IMG/VR virus record: IMGVR_UViG_3300006737_000017
Location: 1 to 64,000 of that record
Length of the DNA: 64,000 nt
Direction: 5' to 3' (one strand)
Source of the DNA: a virus
Shown here: one piece after another, positions 52,883-61,039 of the stretch
Numbering within the stretch: position 1 is the stretch's first letter
How the letters are laid out: every line of letters starts with the position of its first letter
Program-made: the position numbers and the translations under genes
Notes under the pieces: model-generated
What the model saw: only the letters and a program-made list of their open reading frames with translations
The model's database searches: none
Told to the model about the DNA's origin: nothing

Positions 52883-54201
52883 TGAAATTTAAGAAAATCA
52901 TATCAAACTTACAAGAAGAGTATAAATTACCAATTTCTGTTGGTGATACTATCATGATGGGTAGATTCAAAAATAAACCTGTAAAGGTAAAATCTATTTC
53001 TATGAGTGACAAAGGTGATTTATTAATAAATGGTAAATCAGCTGCAAGATTTAGAATTAAAAAATTAGATGAAACTGGAAAAGGTATTTGGCATAACATC
53101 AGAGCTAAAAGAAAAAGAGGAGAAGCTCCCGCAAAGAAGGGGTCATCGGCATATAAAAAAGCTGCAAAGGCAATGAAATCTTTAGAAGAGAAAGCACCAC
53201 CAGGAATGGAAGATGTAGTTTTAGCTCTAAAGAAAAAGAAAGATATTGATAATCCTTATGCAATTGCTTGGTCAATGTATAATAAGAAGAAAAAGAAAGA
53301 GAGCCTTGATGAATGTGTAATTGCACACAAGGTAATAGATGGGAACGTAATACTTGCGAAAAACCGAGATAGAGCTTACGACGTAAAATTAACAGTTGTT
53401 AGAGAATTAATTAATAATATTGAAGTTGTTTATATACACGATGACGATACAGATTGGTCTGAAGGTATGAATGAGTTTGGAATAGGAATTATTAATTCAA
53501 CACTCCAAGGTGAATACGATGAAAAAGAAAAAAAGATTGTAAAGAAAAGTGGAAAACCTTCTAAGGATGGTTTCAAAATGAGAACCGCTTTAGGTTACAA
53601 GAAACTTTCTCGGGTAATAAAATCTATTATAGAATTTACAGGATTCTCCACAGGTGATAATGCTAAATCAGGAGAAGCAACAGGATTGAATGGTCATACA
53701 TTCGTAGCTAACCAGAATAATTCATACGCAATAGAAACTACTTCAATCAATCCTCCAGCTATTAGAAAACTTAGTCATGATAAAGCTCATACTAGAACTA
53801 ATCACGGTAGAGTTTATAAAGACGCAGGATATCAAGATGGTAAAAATGCTAAATCTTCTAAACTTAGACAAAATATATCTTTATCAATAGTATCAAAAGC
53901 AAAAACAAAATATGATATATTAAAAGGTTTACAAGGATATTATGCAAAAGATTATAGAGATAATCCTTATAGAAATAAAGACAAAGTTAACAATCCAACC
54001 GGAGCTGATGTACTTTCTACTACAGGACAATTAATGCTAGATCTAACTGACAAAATATTAACTGTTACAATGGATAAAACTAAGTCAGAATTTTTAGGAA
54101 TAGACGATAGAACGCCTGAATCTTATAAACCAAAAATAAAAGTTAATGTACAATATACAATTCCATTCGAATCAGATGGTGGAGATAGCGATGAGTCATA
54201 A
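52882..54201 (+). CDS. Polyprotein ending in an Ntn-hydrolase (NRDE/C45-like) domain
   Basis: MKFKKIISNLQEE tag; LDE|CVIAHK...ILAKNRDR, WSEGMNEFGIGIINS, RTNHG. Confidence 0.65.
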   Translation: MKFKKIISNLQEEYKLPISVGDTIMMGRFKNKPVKVKSISMSDKGDLLINGKSAARFRIKKLDETGKGIWHNIRAKRKRGEAPAKKGSSAYKKAAKAMKSLEEKAPPGMEDVVLALKKKKDIDNPYAIAWSMYNKKKKKESLDECVIAHKVIDGNVILAKNRDRAYDVKLTVVRELINNIEVVYIHDDDTDWSEGMNEFGIGIINSTLQGEYDEKEKKIVKKSGKPSKDGFKMRTALGYKKLSRVIKSIIEFTGFSTGDNAKSGEATGLNGHTFVANQNNSYAIETTSINPPAIRKLSHDKAHTRTNHGRVYKDAGYQDGKNAKSSKLRQNISLSIVSKAKTKYDILKGLQGYYAKDYRDNPYRNKDKVNNPTGADVLSTTGQLMLDLTDKILTVTMDKTKSEFLGIDDRTPESYKPKIKVNVQYTIPFESDGGDSDES

Positions 54202-54379
54202 GGTTTTTATTCGTCACACTTATATTTATAAATGTTCAGATAAAGAATGTCATGGAGAATGGAAAATCAATGAAGCAATTAATTTAGAAAGATTAAGCTG
54301 CCCTCATTGTGGTAAAGTTGACACTGTACATTATGTACAAGTAGATCAAAGAGAAAAGTATCAAAGAAGATGGGAATAA
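54191..54379 (+). CDS. Small zinc-ribbon protein
   Basis: CSDKEC...CPHC; GGAG before ATG 54191. Confidence 0.6.
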   Translation: MSHKVFIRHTYIYKCSDKECHGEWKINEAINLERLSCPHCGKVDTVHYVQVDQREKYQRRWE

Positions 54380-54990
54380 AATTAAAAAACGTAATTCTAC
54401 TAGATAAACTAGTTTACTCTGATAAATTAGAGGAAAAAGAGATTGGAAAATCTTTTCAAGGATTCCCGTTAGAACAATTCAAGGGTTCTCCACCTCCAAA
54501 AAATAGTAGCTTAGTTTCATTTAATGAAATGAGAAACTTGGAAAATATAACTGCTGACATAGACATCCAAGCTGCAGACAATGTTGAAAAATACTTCGAA
54601 GATAATTGCAAAGGTATTGGGATAGAATATCCAAAAGAATATATTGGAAAGATATTAGACGATTCAGTTGGAGTAATTTTACACTTGAAAAATTATTACA
54701 ATAGACCTAGGCCTGCTCAACTTGCAAAAACTTTAGGTCTGAAATTTCATGAAGAACCCCTAGCTTCTTCAAAGACTCCTTCATTTCCATCTGGGCATTC
54801 TATACAAGGAAGATTAGTTTCAATAATACTTTCTGAAATATATCCAGAACACAAAGAATCTTTAATGCTTATAGGTAATGCAATTTCAACAAGTAGATTA
54901 CTTGCTAAAGTTCATTACGAGTCAGATTCAATATTTGGATTGCACGTTGGTGAAAAAATGGCTAAATATTATTTGGATAAGTCAAAATAA
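54370..54990 (+). CDS. PAP2/acid phosphatase superfamily protein
   Basis: KNYYNRPRP, PSFPSGH, SRLLAKVHYESD. Confidence 0.88.
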   Translation: MGIKLKNVILLDKLVYSDKLEEKEIGKSFQGFPLEQFKGSPPPKNSSLVSFNEMRNLENITADIDIQAADNVEKYFEDNCKGIGIEYPKEYIGKILDDSVGVILHLKNYYNRPRPAQLAKTLGLKFHEEPLASSKTPSFPSGHSIQGRLVSIILSEIYPEHKESLMLIGNAISTSRLLAKVHYESDSIFGLHVGEKMAKYYLDKSK

Positions 54991-55001
54991 TTTATTATAT
55001 T
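54973..55001 (+). promoter_or_regulatory. Conserved phage promoter, copy 10
   Basis: TTGGATAAGTC-N12-TATATT; ATG 7 nt downstream. Confidence 0.75.
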
Positions 55002-55008
55002 GTATATT

Positions 55009-55536
55009 ATGATTAAACTAAAAGATATATTAAATGAAGCAAGAAGCTTAAGTGTATTTGATTTCGATGATACCCTTGCTTTCACAGATTCTTGGGTTTA
55101 TGTAAAAAAGAACGGCGGTGAATACAAATTAGATTCAGCTGAATTCGCAGTTCACAAATTAAAACCTGGTGAAAGTTATGATTTCAGAGATTTTGATAGA
55201 ATGTTAAGAAAACCTCAGATCATAAAGAAAAATGTAGAAATACTTAAAAAACAATTGAAAAAAGTTGGTAGAAGAGTTACAATTTTAACAGCAAGAGCAG
55301 TTGGTTTTCCTGTAAAACATTTTTTCAAAACTTTAGGAATAGACGTTTATGTTGTAGCAGTCGGTTCTGCAGATCCCAAAGTTAAATCTGATTGGATAGA
55401 AGATCATATAAAGAAAGGTTATAACCCTGTATATTTCATAGACGATTCTAGTAAAAATATAGCAGCTGTTGATAAGCTAAAAAGAAAATATCCAAAGACT
55501 AAGATTAAAACGTATTTATTCAAAGGTCACAAATGA
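55009..55536 (+). CDS. HAD-superfamily phosphatase with MIKLKDILNE tag
   Basis: FDFDDTL, ILTAR, K, FIDDS. Confidence 0.8.
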   Translation: MIKLKDILNEARSLSVFDFDDTLAFTDSWVYVKKNGGEYKLDSAEFAVHKLKPGESYDFRDFDRMLRKPQIIKKNVEILKKQLKKVGRRVTILTARAVGFPVKHFFKTLGIDVYVVAVGSADPKVKSDWIEDHIKKGYNPVYFIDDSSKNIAAVDKLKRKYPKTKIKTYLFKGHK

Positions 55537-55958
55537 TTAAGCTAAAAAGTATATTAACAGAAGTTTCTAAAAAAGACATAATGGATATAGTTAAAAAAGT
55601 TTATCCATACATCGCTAAAGATTTAGGTGGAAGGGCTGTTAAAGTAGAAGTTCATAATAATATATACAAAAGAATTGGTGCTGTTGGCATTGAAGATATG
55701 ATGAAAGATAATAATCCTTTTGCAGAATACGATTGGGATAGAAATAGAATTTATTTATATGCATCAGCCATATCTAATGTTGAACAGGTAATAAGATCAT
55801 TGTTACATGAACATACTCACACAAAACAAGATAGAAAAAAATTCAAAGCTGGTTATGAATCTGGAAAATATAATTATTCAACACACCCATATGAAAAAGC
55901 AGCAGTTAATTCAGAAAAAAAATGGAAGAAGTATCTAAAATATTTGGATAAGTCATAA
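55533..55958 (+). CDS. Zincin-like metallopeptidase with MIKLKSILTE tag
   Basis: LLHEHTH...Y..HPYEKAA. Confidence 0.7.
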   Translation: MIKLKSILTEVSKKDIMDIVKKVYPYIAKDLGGRAVKVEVHNNIYKRIGAVGIEDMMKDNNPFAEYDWDRNRIYLYASAISNVEQVIRSLLHEHTHTKQDRKKFKAGYESGKYNYSTHPYEKAAVNSEKKWKKYLKYLDKS

Positions 55959-55972
55959 AAATTTGTTATATT
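55944..55972 (+). promoter_or_regulatory. Conserved phage promoter, copy 11
   Basis: TTGGATAAGTC-N12-TATATT; ATG 6 nt downstream. Confidence 0.75.
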
Positions 55973-55978
55973 AGTAAT

Positions 55979-56491
55979 ATGTTAAAATTATCAGACGTAC
56001 TTATGGAAGCTTTACCTGGAGAAAAATCAGCTGGAGCTATTATCTTTAGAAGAGATTCCAAGGGCATACAATATTTACTGCTATTTGGTGATAAAATTGG
56101 ATGGGGATTCCCAAAGGGCCATATAGATAGTGGAGAAGAACCTAAGGAGACTGCTATTAGAGAGATAGAAGAAGAGACTGGTATTATCATAGACGAGTTT
56201 ATTCCGAATTTCGAAGCTTATACTCAATATGATATGAAGCTAGATTATTCTAAAACTCCTCCTGAACCGCTTGAAAAACCCTACATAAAGACTTGTGTAT
56301 ATTATTTAGCTGAAGTCCCCAAAGGACAGAAGGTTAAAATATCGCATGAACACGAAAAATATATTTGGGCAACTTATTCAGCAGCTCAAGAAAAAATAGA
56401 ATTTAATAAAGATATACTTAAAAAAGCAGACAGGATAATTTCAAATGGCACCAGAAGTAAAAGCATACATAAAAGGAAGAGAAATAATTAG
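55979..56491 (+). CDS. Nudix hydrolase (Ap4A-hydrolase-like) with MLKLSDVLME tag
   Basis: EKSAGAII, WGFPKGH...GEEPKETAIREIEEETG, SHEH. Confidence 0.88.
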   Translation: MLKLSDVLMEALPGEKSAGAIIFRRDSKGIQYLLLFGDKIGWGFPKGHIDSGEEPKETAIREIEEETGIIIDEFIPNFEAYTQYDMKLDYSKTPPEPLEKPYIKTCVYYLAEVPKGQKVKISHEHEKYIWATYSAAQEKIEFNKDILKKADRIISNGTRSKSIHKRKRNN

Positions 56492-56621
56492 AAGTTGTAA
56501 GACTCATACTCAATTGATAAATGCATACAATTGGATATGGTTATACAAAAATATGTATGGTAAAACTGAATACTGGAAAAAATTAATTAACTATTGCACA
56601 CAAAGGAGAAATAGAATATGA
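56445..56621 (+). CDS. Small hypothetical protein (58 aa, not in ORF track)
   Basis: MAPEVKAYIKGREIIRSCKTHTQLINAYNWIWLY... Confidence 0.4.
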   Translation: MAPEVKAYIKGREIIRSCKTHTQLINAYNWIWLYKNMYGKTEYWKKLINYCTQRRNRI

Positions 56622-56687
56622 ACTATTGGACAACAACAACAACTTGGGGTGATATACCTGTAAATTATATTATGGTAGAGAAATAAT

Positions 56688-56921
56688 ATGGGATTTCATA
56701 AAAGATACATATCAGAGGACCAAGTTTGTTATAGATATACACATTACGGTATGGAGGAAGTTTTGAAATGGATAAGATCTGCAGATGCAATTATTTGCAC
56801 TGACCCTTTTACTATGGAATTAACGGATGTGCTTGATTCAGAGGGAGATAAGACTAAAATATGGAACAAAGCTTCAGAGATGATTGCTATGAAATCTCTA
56901 GAAATGGGGAAAAATTCCTAG
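56688..56921 (+). CDS. Hypothetical protein
   Basis: 77 aa, MGFHKRYI start. Confidence 0.55.
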   Translation: MGFHKRYISEDQVCYRYTHYGMEEVLKWIRSADAIICTDPFTMELTDVLDSEGDKTKIWNKASEMIAMKSLEMGKNS

Positions 56922-56928
56922 GAACCTA

Positions 56929-56974
56929 TGACAAATTGTCACTAAAAAACTTTGAAAAGTGGACAAATTGTCAC
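56929..56974. promoter_or_regulatory. Two palindromic GACAAATTGTC operator-like sites
   Basis: GACAAATTGTCAC at 56930 and 56962 (32-nt period), just upstream of promoter copy 12. Confidence 0.6.
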
Positions 56975-56983
56975 CTAAAAAAT

Positions 56984-57012
56984 TTGGATAAGTCGATTTT
57001 TTTTCTTATATT
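56984..57012 (+). promoter_or_regulatory. Conserved phage promoter, copy 12
   Basis: TTGGATAAGTC-N12-TATATT. Confidence 0.75.
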
Positions 57013-57049
57013 TATATATAAATAATTAACTAACACAAAAAACACTACT

Positions 57050-57340
57050 ATGAGTAAAAAAGAATTAGGTAACACTGGAAAAATTAAAAAAGAAAGTAAC
57101 TACAAAAAAGCTGATTACATTTATAGCTATAAGCTAGGTAAGGATTATCAGATAGAATTAGTAAATAATATGATTTACTATAAAAAGAAAGATGCCTTTG
57201 GTGCTTTCAATCTAGTTAAAGCTGAGGAAACTCCGACTAAGATGTACGGACATTCGGAATTAAAAGAATTAGCTTTAGATATCTCAAAGAAAATGGGACT
57301 TAAATTAACAGCTGCTATCACAGGTTCAGTAATATCTTAA
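57050..57340 (+). CDS. Hypothetical protein, paralog of the N-terminal module of 41111..42937
   Basis: YQIELV..MIYYKK...LVKA...YG..ELKELA..ISK versus YEIELV..QVYFRK..LMKA...FG..DLKKLA..IAK. Confidence 0.6.
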   Translation: MSKKELGNTGKIKKESNYKKADYIYSYKLGKDYQIELVNNMIYYKKKDAFGAFNLVKAEETPTKMYGHSELKELALDISKKMGLKLTAAITGSVIS

Positions 57341-57379
57341 TTGTTAATAACTTACTCGAAATTGTTAATAACTTCGAGT
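57341..57379. repeat. Tandem TTGTTAATAACTT boxes, the second inside an ACTCGAA/TTCGAGT inverted repeat
   Basis: Copies at 57341 and 57362; a third copy at 10554. Confidence 0.6.
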
Positions 57380-57387
57380 CAAAATAT

Positions 57388-57416
57388 TTGGATAAGTCAT
57401 AATTTATTCTTATATT
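57388..57416 (+). promoter_or_regulatory. Conserved phage promoter, copy 13
   Basis: TTGGATAAGTC-N12-TATATT. Confidence 0.75.
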
Positions 57417-57453
57417 TATATATAAATAATAACAATCACTAACACTACACTAT

Positions 57454-59478
57454 ATGGCAAAAGCTTTCAATAATTATTCTTCATTCTGGTTAGATGACTA
57501 CACTTCTAATGTCGATGTTCTAACAGGAGAAAAGATTTCAAATGGTAAAGATTACATCAAGATGGCTTCAAGATTAAAAGCTATCGGTAACTTTGTTAAA
57601 ATCGTTTCTGGTAACGATGTCAAGGTTCAATATAATAATAGAGATGAATCTTTCACCGATGGTAAAACAGTTACTATCTCATCAAAAATTAACGGTAAAT
57701 CATTCGATTCTACCGTCGGTCTTGCTTTACACGAGGGATCTCACGTTAAATTATCAGACTTCACATTACTTAAAAACTTAATGGGTTACAACGGTAATGA
57801 TTATCTAAAAACCAGATTCGATTTCGAAATCACTAATGAAATGGAATCAAAAGGTTTATCAATGATGACTCTTAAAGATATTATCAATGTTATCGAGGAT
57901 AGAAGAATTGATTACGATATATTTACTAATGCTCCTGGATATCAAGGTTACTACAATGCTTTATACGAAAGATATTTTCATGCTAAAGTAATTGATAAAG
58001 CTTTAATTTCTGGTGAACACAGAGAAGAATCTGTTCAATCTTACATGTTTAGAATTATCAATTTAACTAATTCAAACAGAGATTTATCTGCTCTTAAAGG
58101 CTTAAGAGAAATTTATTCTATTATCAATCTTGCTAATATTTCCAGATTAAAAACAACTGGTGAAGTAGTTGAAACAGCTATAGAGGTATTAAAAGTAATA
58201 GATAAACACATTCCATTACCAGAATCTGAAGATGATTCTAATTGCAATGGCAATGATGATAATAAAGATGAAAATCAAGAGGAATCAAATTGCTCAAACG
58301 GTAGTTCTTCTGGAGACTGTAAAACACCAGAAGGAAATTCTGATGATGATGGTTCTACTACATCAGGTGAAGATGTTAATCTTAAAGATGATGAATCTTT
58401 ATTACCTGAATTATCACCTAATGATAAATCTAAATTAAACAAAGCTATTCAAAAGCAAAAAGATTTTATCAGAAGTAATATTAAAAAATCTTCAATTCGT
58501 AAAGCTGAAAAACAAAAAATTGATGCTATCAATAATTCAAACGCTTCATACGAAACAGTTGGTACTGGAATTGGAAATGCCTGGTACAAAACTTCAAATG
58601 GAGTTGATTGCTTAGTCGTTAGAAACATTAATAAATCAGTAATTGATTCTCAAGCATTTGAAACATTAACCGCTAGAAAATGGTCTTTAGAAAATAACCA
58701 AGAATCTATTGATTTAGGTATTAAACTCGGTACTCAATTAGGAAGAAAACTTCAAGTTAGAAACGATTCTAAAGAATTAAAATACAACAGATTAAATGCT
58801 GGTAAGATTGATAAAAGATTAATCGCTTCAGCTGGTTTTGGTAATGAAAACATCTTTCAACAAGTTTTCATAGATAATCACAAAGATGCTAATGTTCATA
58901 TTTCAATTGATGCTTCTGGTTCTATGGGAGGTAAAAAATGGGACAAATCAATAACATCAGCAGTTGCTATTGCTAAAGCTGCTTCAATGGTTGGTAATCT
59001 TAACGTTACTATTTCATTCCGTTCAACTGAATCACAAGGAAAGAAATACATGCCAGCTATCTTTATAGCTTATGATTCAAAGGTTGATAAAATCAAAAAG
59101 ATTCAAACTTTATTCAAGCACGTCACTTGCCCTGGTACTACACCAGAAGGTTTATGTTTTGAAGCTATTCAAAAGGAAATACTATCTTCTTCAAACAATT
59201 TAGATAGTTACTTTATCAATTTCTCAGATGGTGAACCTTACTTTGAATCAAAAGATATTTCTTACTATGGCGATGAAGCTACAAAACATACTGCTCAACA
59301 AGTTAAAACATTTAGAGACAAAGGTATCAAGGTTTTATCATACTTCATAACTGGTTCAGCTGATACTGAAACTTCAAAATCTTTCAAGACAATGTACGGA
59401 CCAGATGCTTCAAATGTTAACGTCAACAACTTAGCTCAACTAGCTAAGACATTAAATAATATGTTTATAGAGAAATAA
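57454..59478 (+). CDS. vWA-domain protein with N-terminal HExxH region (CobT/MoxR-partner-like)
   Basis: ALHEGSH, NVIEDRRI, acidic linker, MIDAS IDASGSM, TPEG, FSDGEP. Confidence 0.82.
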   Translation: MAKAFNNYSSFWLDDYTSNVDVLTGEKISNGKDYIKMASRLKAIGNFVKIVSGNDVKVQYNNRDESFTDGKTVTISSKINGKSFDSTVGLALHEGSHVKLSDFTLLKNLMGYNGNDYLKTRFDFEITNEMESKGLSMMTLKDIINVIEDRRIDYDIFTNAPGYQGYYNALYERYFHAKVIDKALISGEHREESVQSYMFRIINLTNSNRDLSALKGLREIYSIINLANISRLKTTGEVVETAIEVLKVIDKHIPLPESEDDSNCNGNDDNKDENQEESNCSNGSSSGDCKTPEGNSDDDGSTTSGEDVNLKDDESLLPELSPNDKSKLNKAIQKQKDFIRSNIKKSSIRKAEKQKIDAINNSNASYETVGTGIGNAWYKTSNGVDCLVVRNINKSVIDSQAFETLTARKWSLENNQESIDLGIKLGTQLGRKLQVRNDSKELKYNRLNAGKIDKRLIASAGFGNENIFQQVFIDNHKDANVHISIDASGSMGGKKWDKSITSAVAIAKAASMVGNLNVTISFRSTESQGKKYMPAIFIAYDSKVDKIKKIQTLFKHVTCPGTTPEGLCFEAIQKEILSSSNNLDSYFINFSDGEPYFESKDISYYGDEATKHTAQQVKTFRDKGIKVLSYFITGSADTETSKSFKTMYGPDASNVNVNNLAQLAKTLNNMFIEK

Positions 59479-59480
59479 TT

Positions 59481-59765
59481 ATGAAAATAACAATTTGGGT
59501 ACATAAATCAGAAGCGATTTCTGGTAAAATTACTAATTATGCTTACACTAGACCATATCACGATAGGAATGAAGAATGGGTACAAATTCAAATCACACAA
59601 GATGAATTTGCAAATTTGGAAGACAAAGATAAAAATGACAATGTTCGTAGCGATGAATGGTTAGTAGAACAATACAATAGGAACAGAGCTCCTGAGGATC
59701 ATATAACATCAATTGATGAAATGAGCCCTAAGTTACAAGCTCTATTAATGAATACAAAATTTTAG
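59481..59765 (+). CDS. Hypothetical protein
   Basis: 94 aa ORF. Confidence 0.55.
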   Translation: MKITIWVHKSEAISGKITNYAYTRPYHDRNEEWVQIQITQDEFANLEDKDKNDNVRSDEWLVEQYNRNRAPEDHITSIDEMSPKLQALLMNTKF

Positions 59766-59768
59766 AAT

Positions 59769-60131
59769 ATGGCAATAAATGAAAGAAAAAGACAACAGTT
59801 TTGGGAAATGCAATCCTTTATCAAAAAGAAAATAAAGGGTGCTCATACCAAAGTCAATTCAGATGGGTCAGTATATGTTGCTGATGCAAATGGAAAGAAT
59901 ACTATAGGAACAAAATATCCATCTCTAGCTCTAGCACCAGATGTTTTTACAGCTTGGAAAAATGCTTATGTAGTTGAACATTGGAATCGACAAGAAGCTA
60001 GAAGTATTAGAGGTATCCAATGTGATATTAGAAACAATACTGTTCAAGGTGGAGAGGAATTGTCAAAAGCTATACACGAATATTTCGAAGAAGATATTGA
60101 AATGTATGACGAAGAAAACGTAAATGAGTAG
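59769..60131 (+). CDS. Hypothetical protein
   Basis: 120 aa ORF. Confidence 0.55.
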   Translation: MAINERKRQQFWEMQSFIKKKIKGAHTKVNSDGSVYVADANGKNTIGTKYPSLALAPDVFTAWKNAYVVEHWNRQEARSIRGIQCDIRNNTVQGGEELSKAIHEYFEEDIEMYDEENVNE

Positions 60132-60741
60132 TATACAAGGACCAAAAGGAAAAGTAACCAAGCATCATCAGAGAGGTAGACCGCTAAGGTATCTACTTCA
60201 ATCTGAGATAGAAGAAGCTATGGAGAATACTAAATCTAATTTAGCTGCTTCTAAATGGTGCAAGGTTTCCTTTACTACTTATAAAAAATATGCCTCAAGC
60301 TATTACGATTCAGATGGTAAATCTTTATATGAAAAACATAAGAATCAAACTGGTAGAGGTATTTCTCAGTTTAGAGAAGGTCACCATGGGAATCAGTACC
60401 CATTAGAAGATATCTGTGAAGGTAAACATCCAGAATATCCAACGTGGAAATTGCTAAAGAGGTTGATCAAGCACAAAGTAAAAGATGAATGCTGCGAGAT
60501 TTGTGGTTTTGCTGAAAAACGGAAAGGAGATGGTAAAGTTCCATTGATACTTGGTTTTGACGATAGAAACAAATTAAACAGGAAACTAAAGAATTTAATA
60601 GTAATGTGCTATAATTGTTTCTTCATTCATCAGGGTAAATTAGCTGGAGGGAAGGATGCTCCATACCCACGTAAAAATAGCACTTTACTTAAAAAAGATA
60701 ATCTTGACGAACAAGATTACGAAATGTTACGAAATTTATAA
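60124..60741 (+). CDS. HTH plus degenerate HNH-like Zn domain protein
   Basis: SNLAASKWCKVSFTTYKKYA; CEICG...NLIVMCYNC. Confidence 0.55.
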   Translation: MSSIQGPKGKVTKHHQRGRPLRYLLQSEIEEAMENTKSNLAASKWCKVSFTTYKKYASSYYDSDGKSLYEKHKNQTGRGISQFREGHHGNQYPLEDICEGKHPEYPTWKLLKRLIKHKVKDECCEICGFAEKRKGDGKVPLILGFDDRNKLNRKLKNLIVMCYNCFFIHQGKLAGGKDAPYPRKNSTLLKKDNLDEQDYEMLRNL

Positions 60742-60755
60742 AAAAGGAAAAAGTT

Positions 60756-60974
60756 ATGTATTATTTAGGAAGAGTAGAATTTACAACAGTAGTCGACACA
60801 AAAGGTGGTGGCACTAAAGAAAAGAAAAACAGAGTACAATATTTAGTTGATGCAATGTCTTGCACAGAAGCTGAATCAAGAATAGTTGAAAATCTAAAAG
60901 ATTCAGTTGATGACTATGAAATAAAGGGTGTACAACAATCAAAAATAATTGAAGTATTTGAGCATAAAGCTTAA
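60756..60974 (+). CDS. DUF4494-like protein
   Basis: YLVDAMSCTEAESRI...SKIIEVF. Confidence 0.7.
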   Translation: MYYLGRVEFTTVVDTKGGGTKEKKNRVQYLVDAMSCTEAESRIVENLKDSVDDYEIKGVQQSKIIEVFEHKA

Positions 60975-61039
60975 CTTAACTGATATTTATCTACGAGGAT
61001 CCGGGGAAAAGATAATACTTACGCGACCTTAAATTAAGT

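Noticed and set aside
56618-56686. 22-aa micro-ORF MNYWTTTTTWGDIPVNYIMVEK with AGGAG upstream and an ACA repeat
   Set aside because: A plausible small gene that fills the gap, but too short to support a function or a leader-peptide role.
60124-60741. Mobile HNH homing endonuclease
   Set aside because: The catalytic His positions are degenerate, it is not inside an intron or intein, and it has an N-terminal HTH-like region. It is more likely a domesticated DNA-binding protein.
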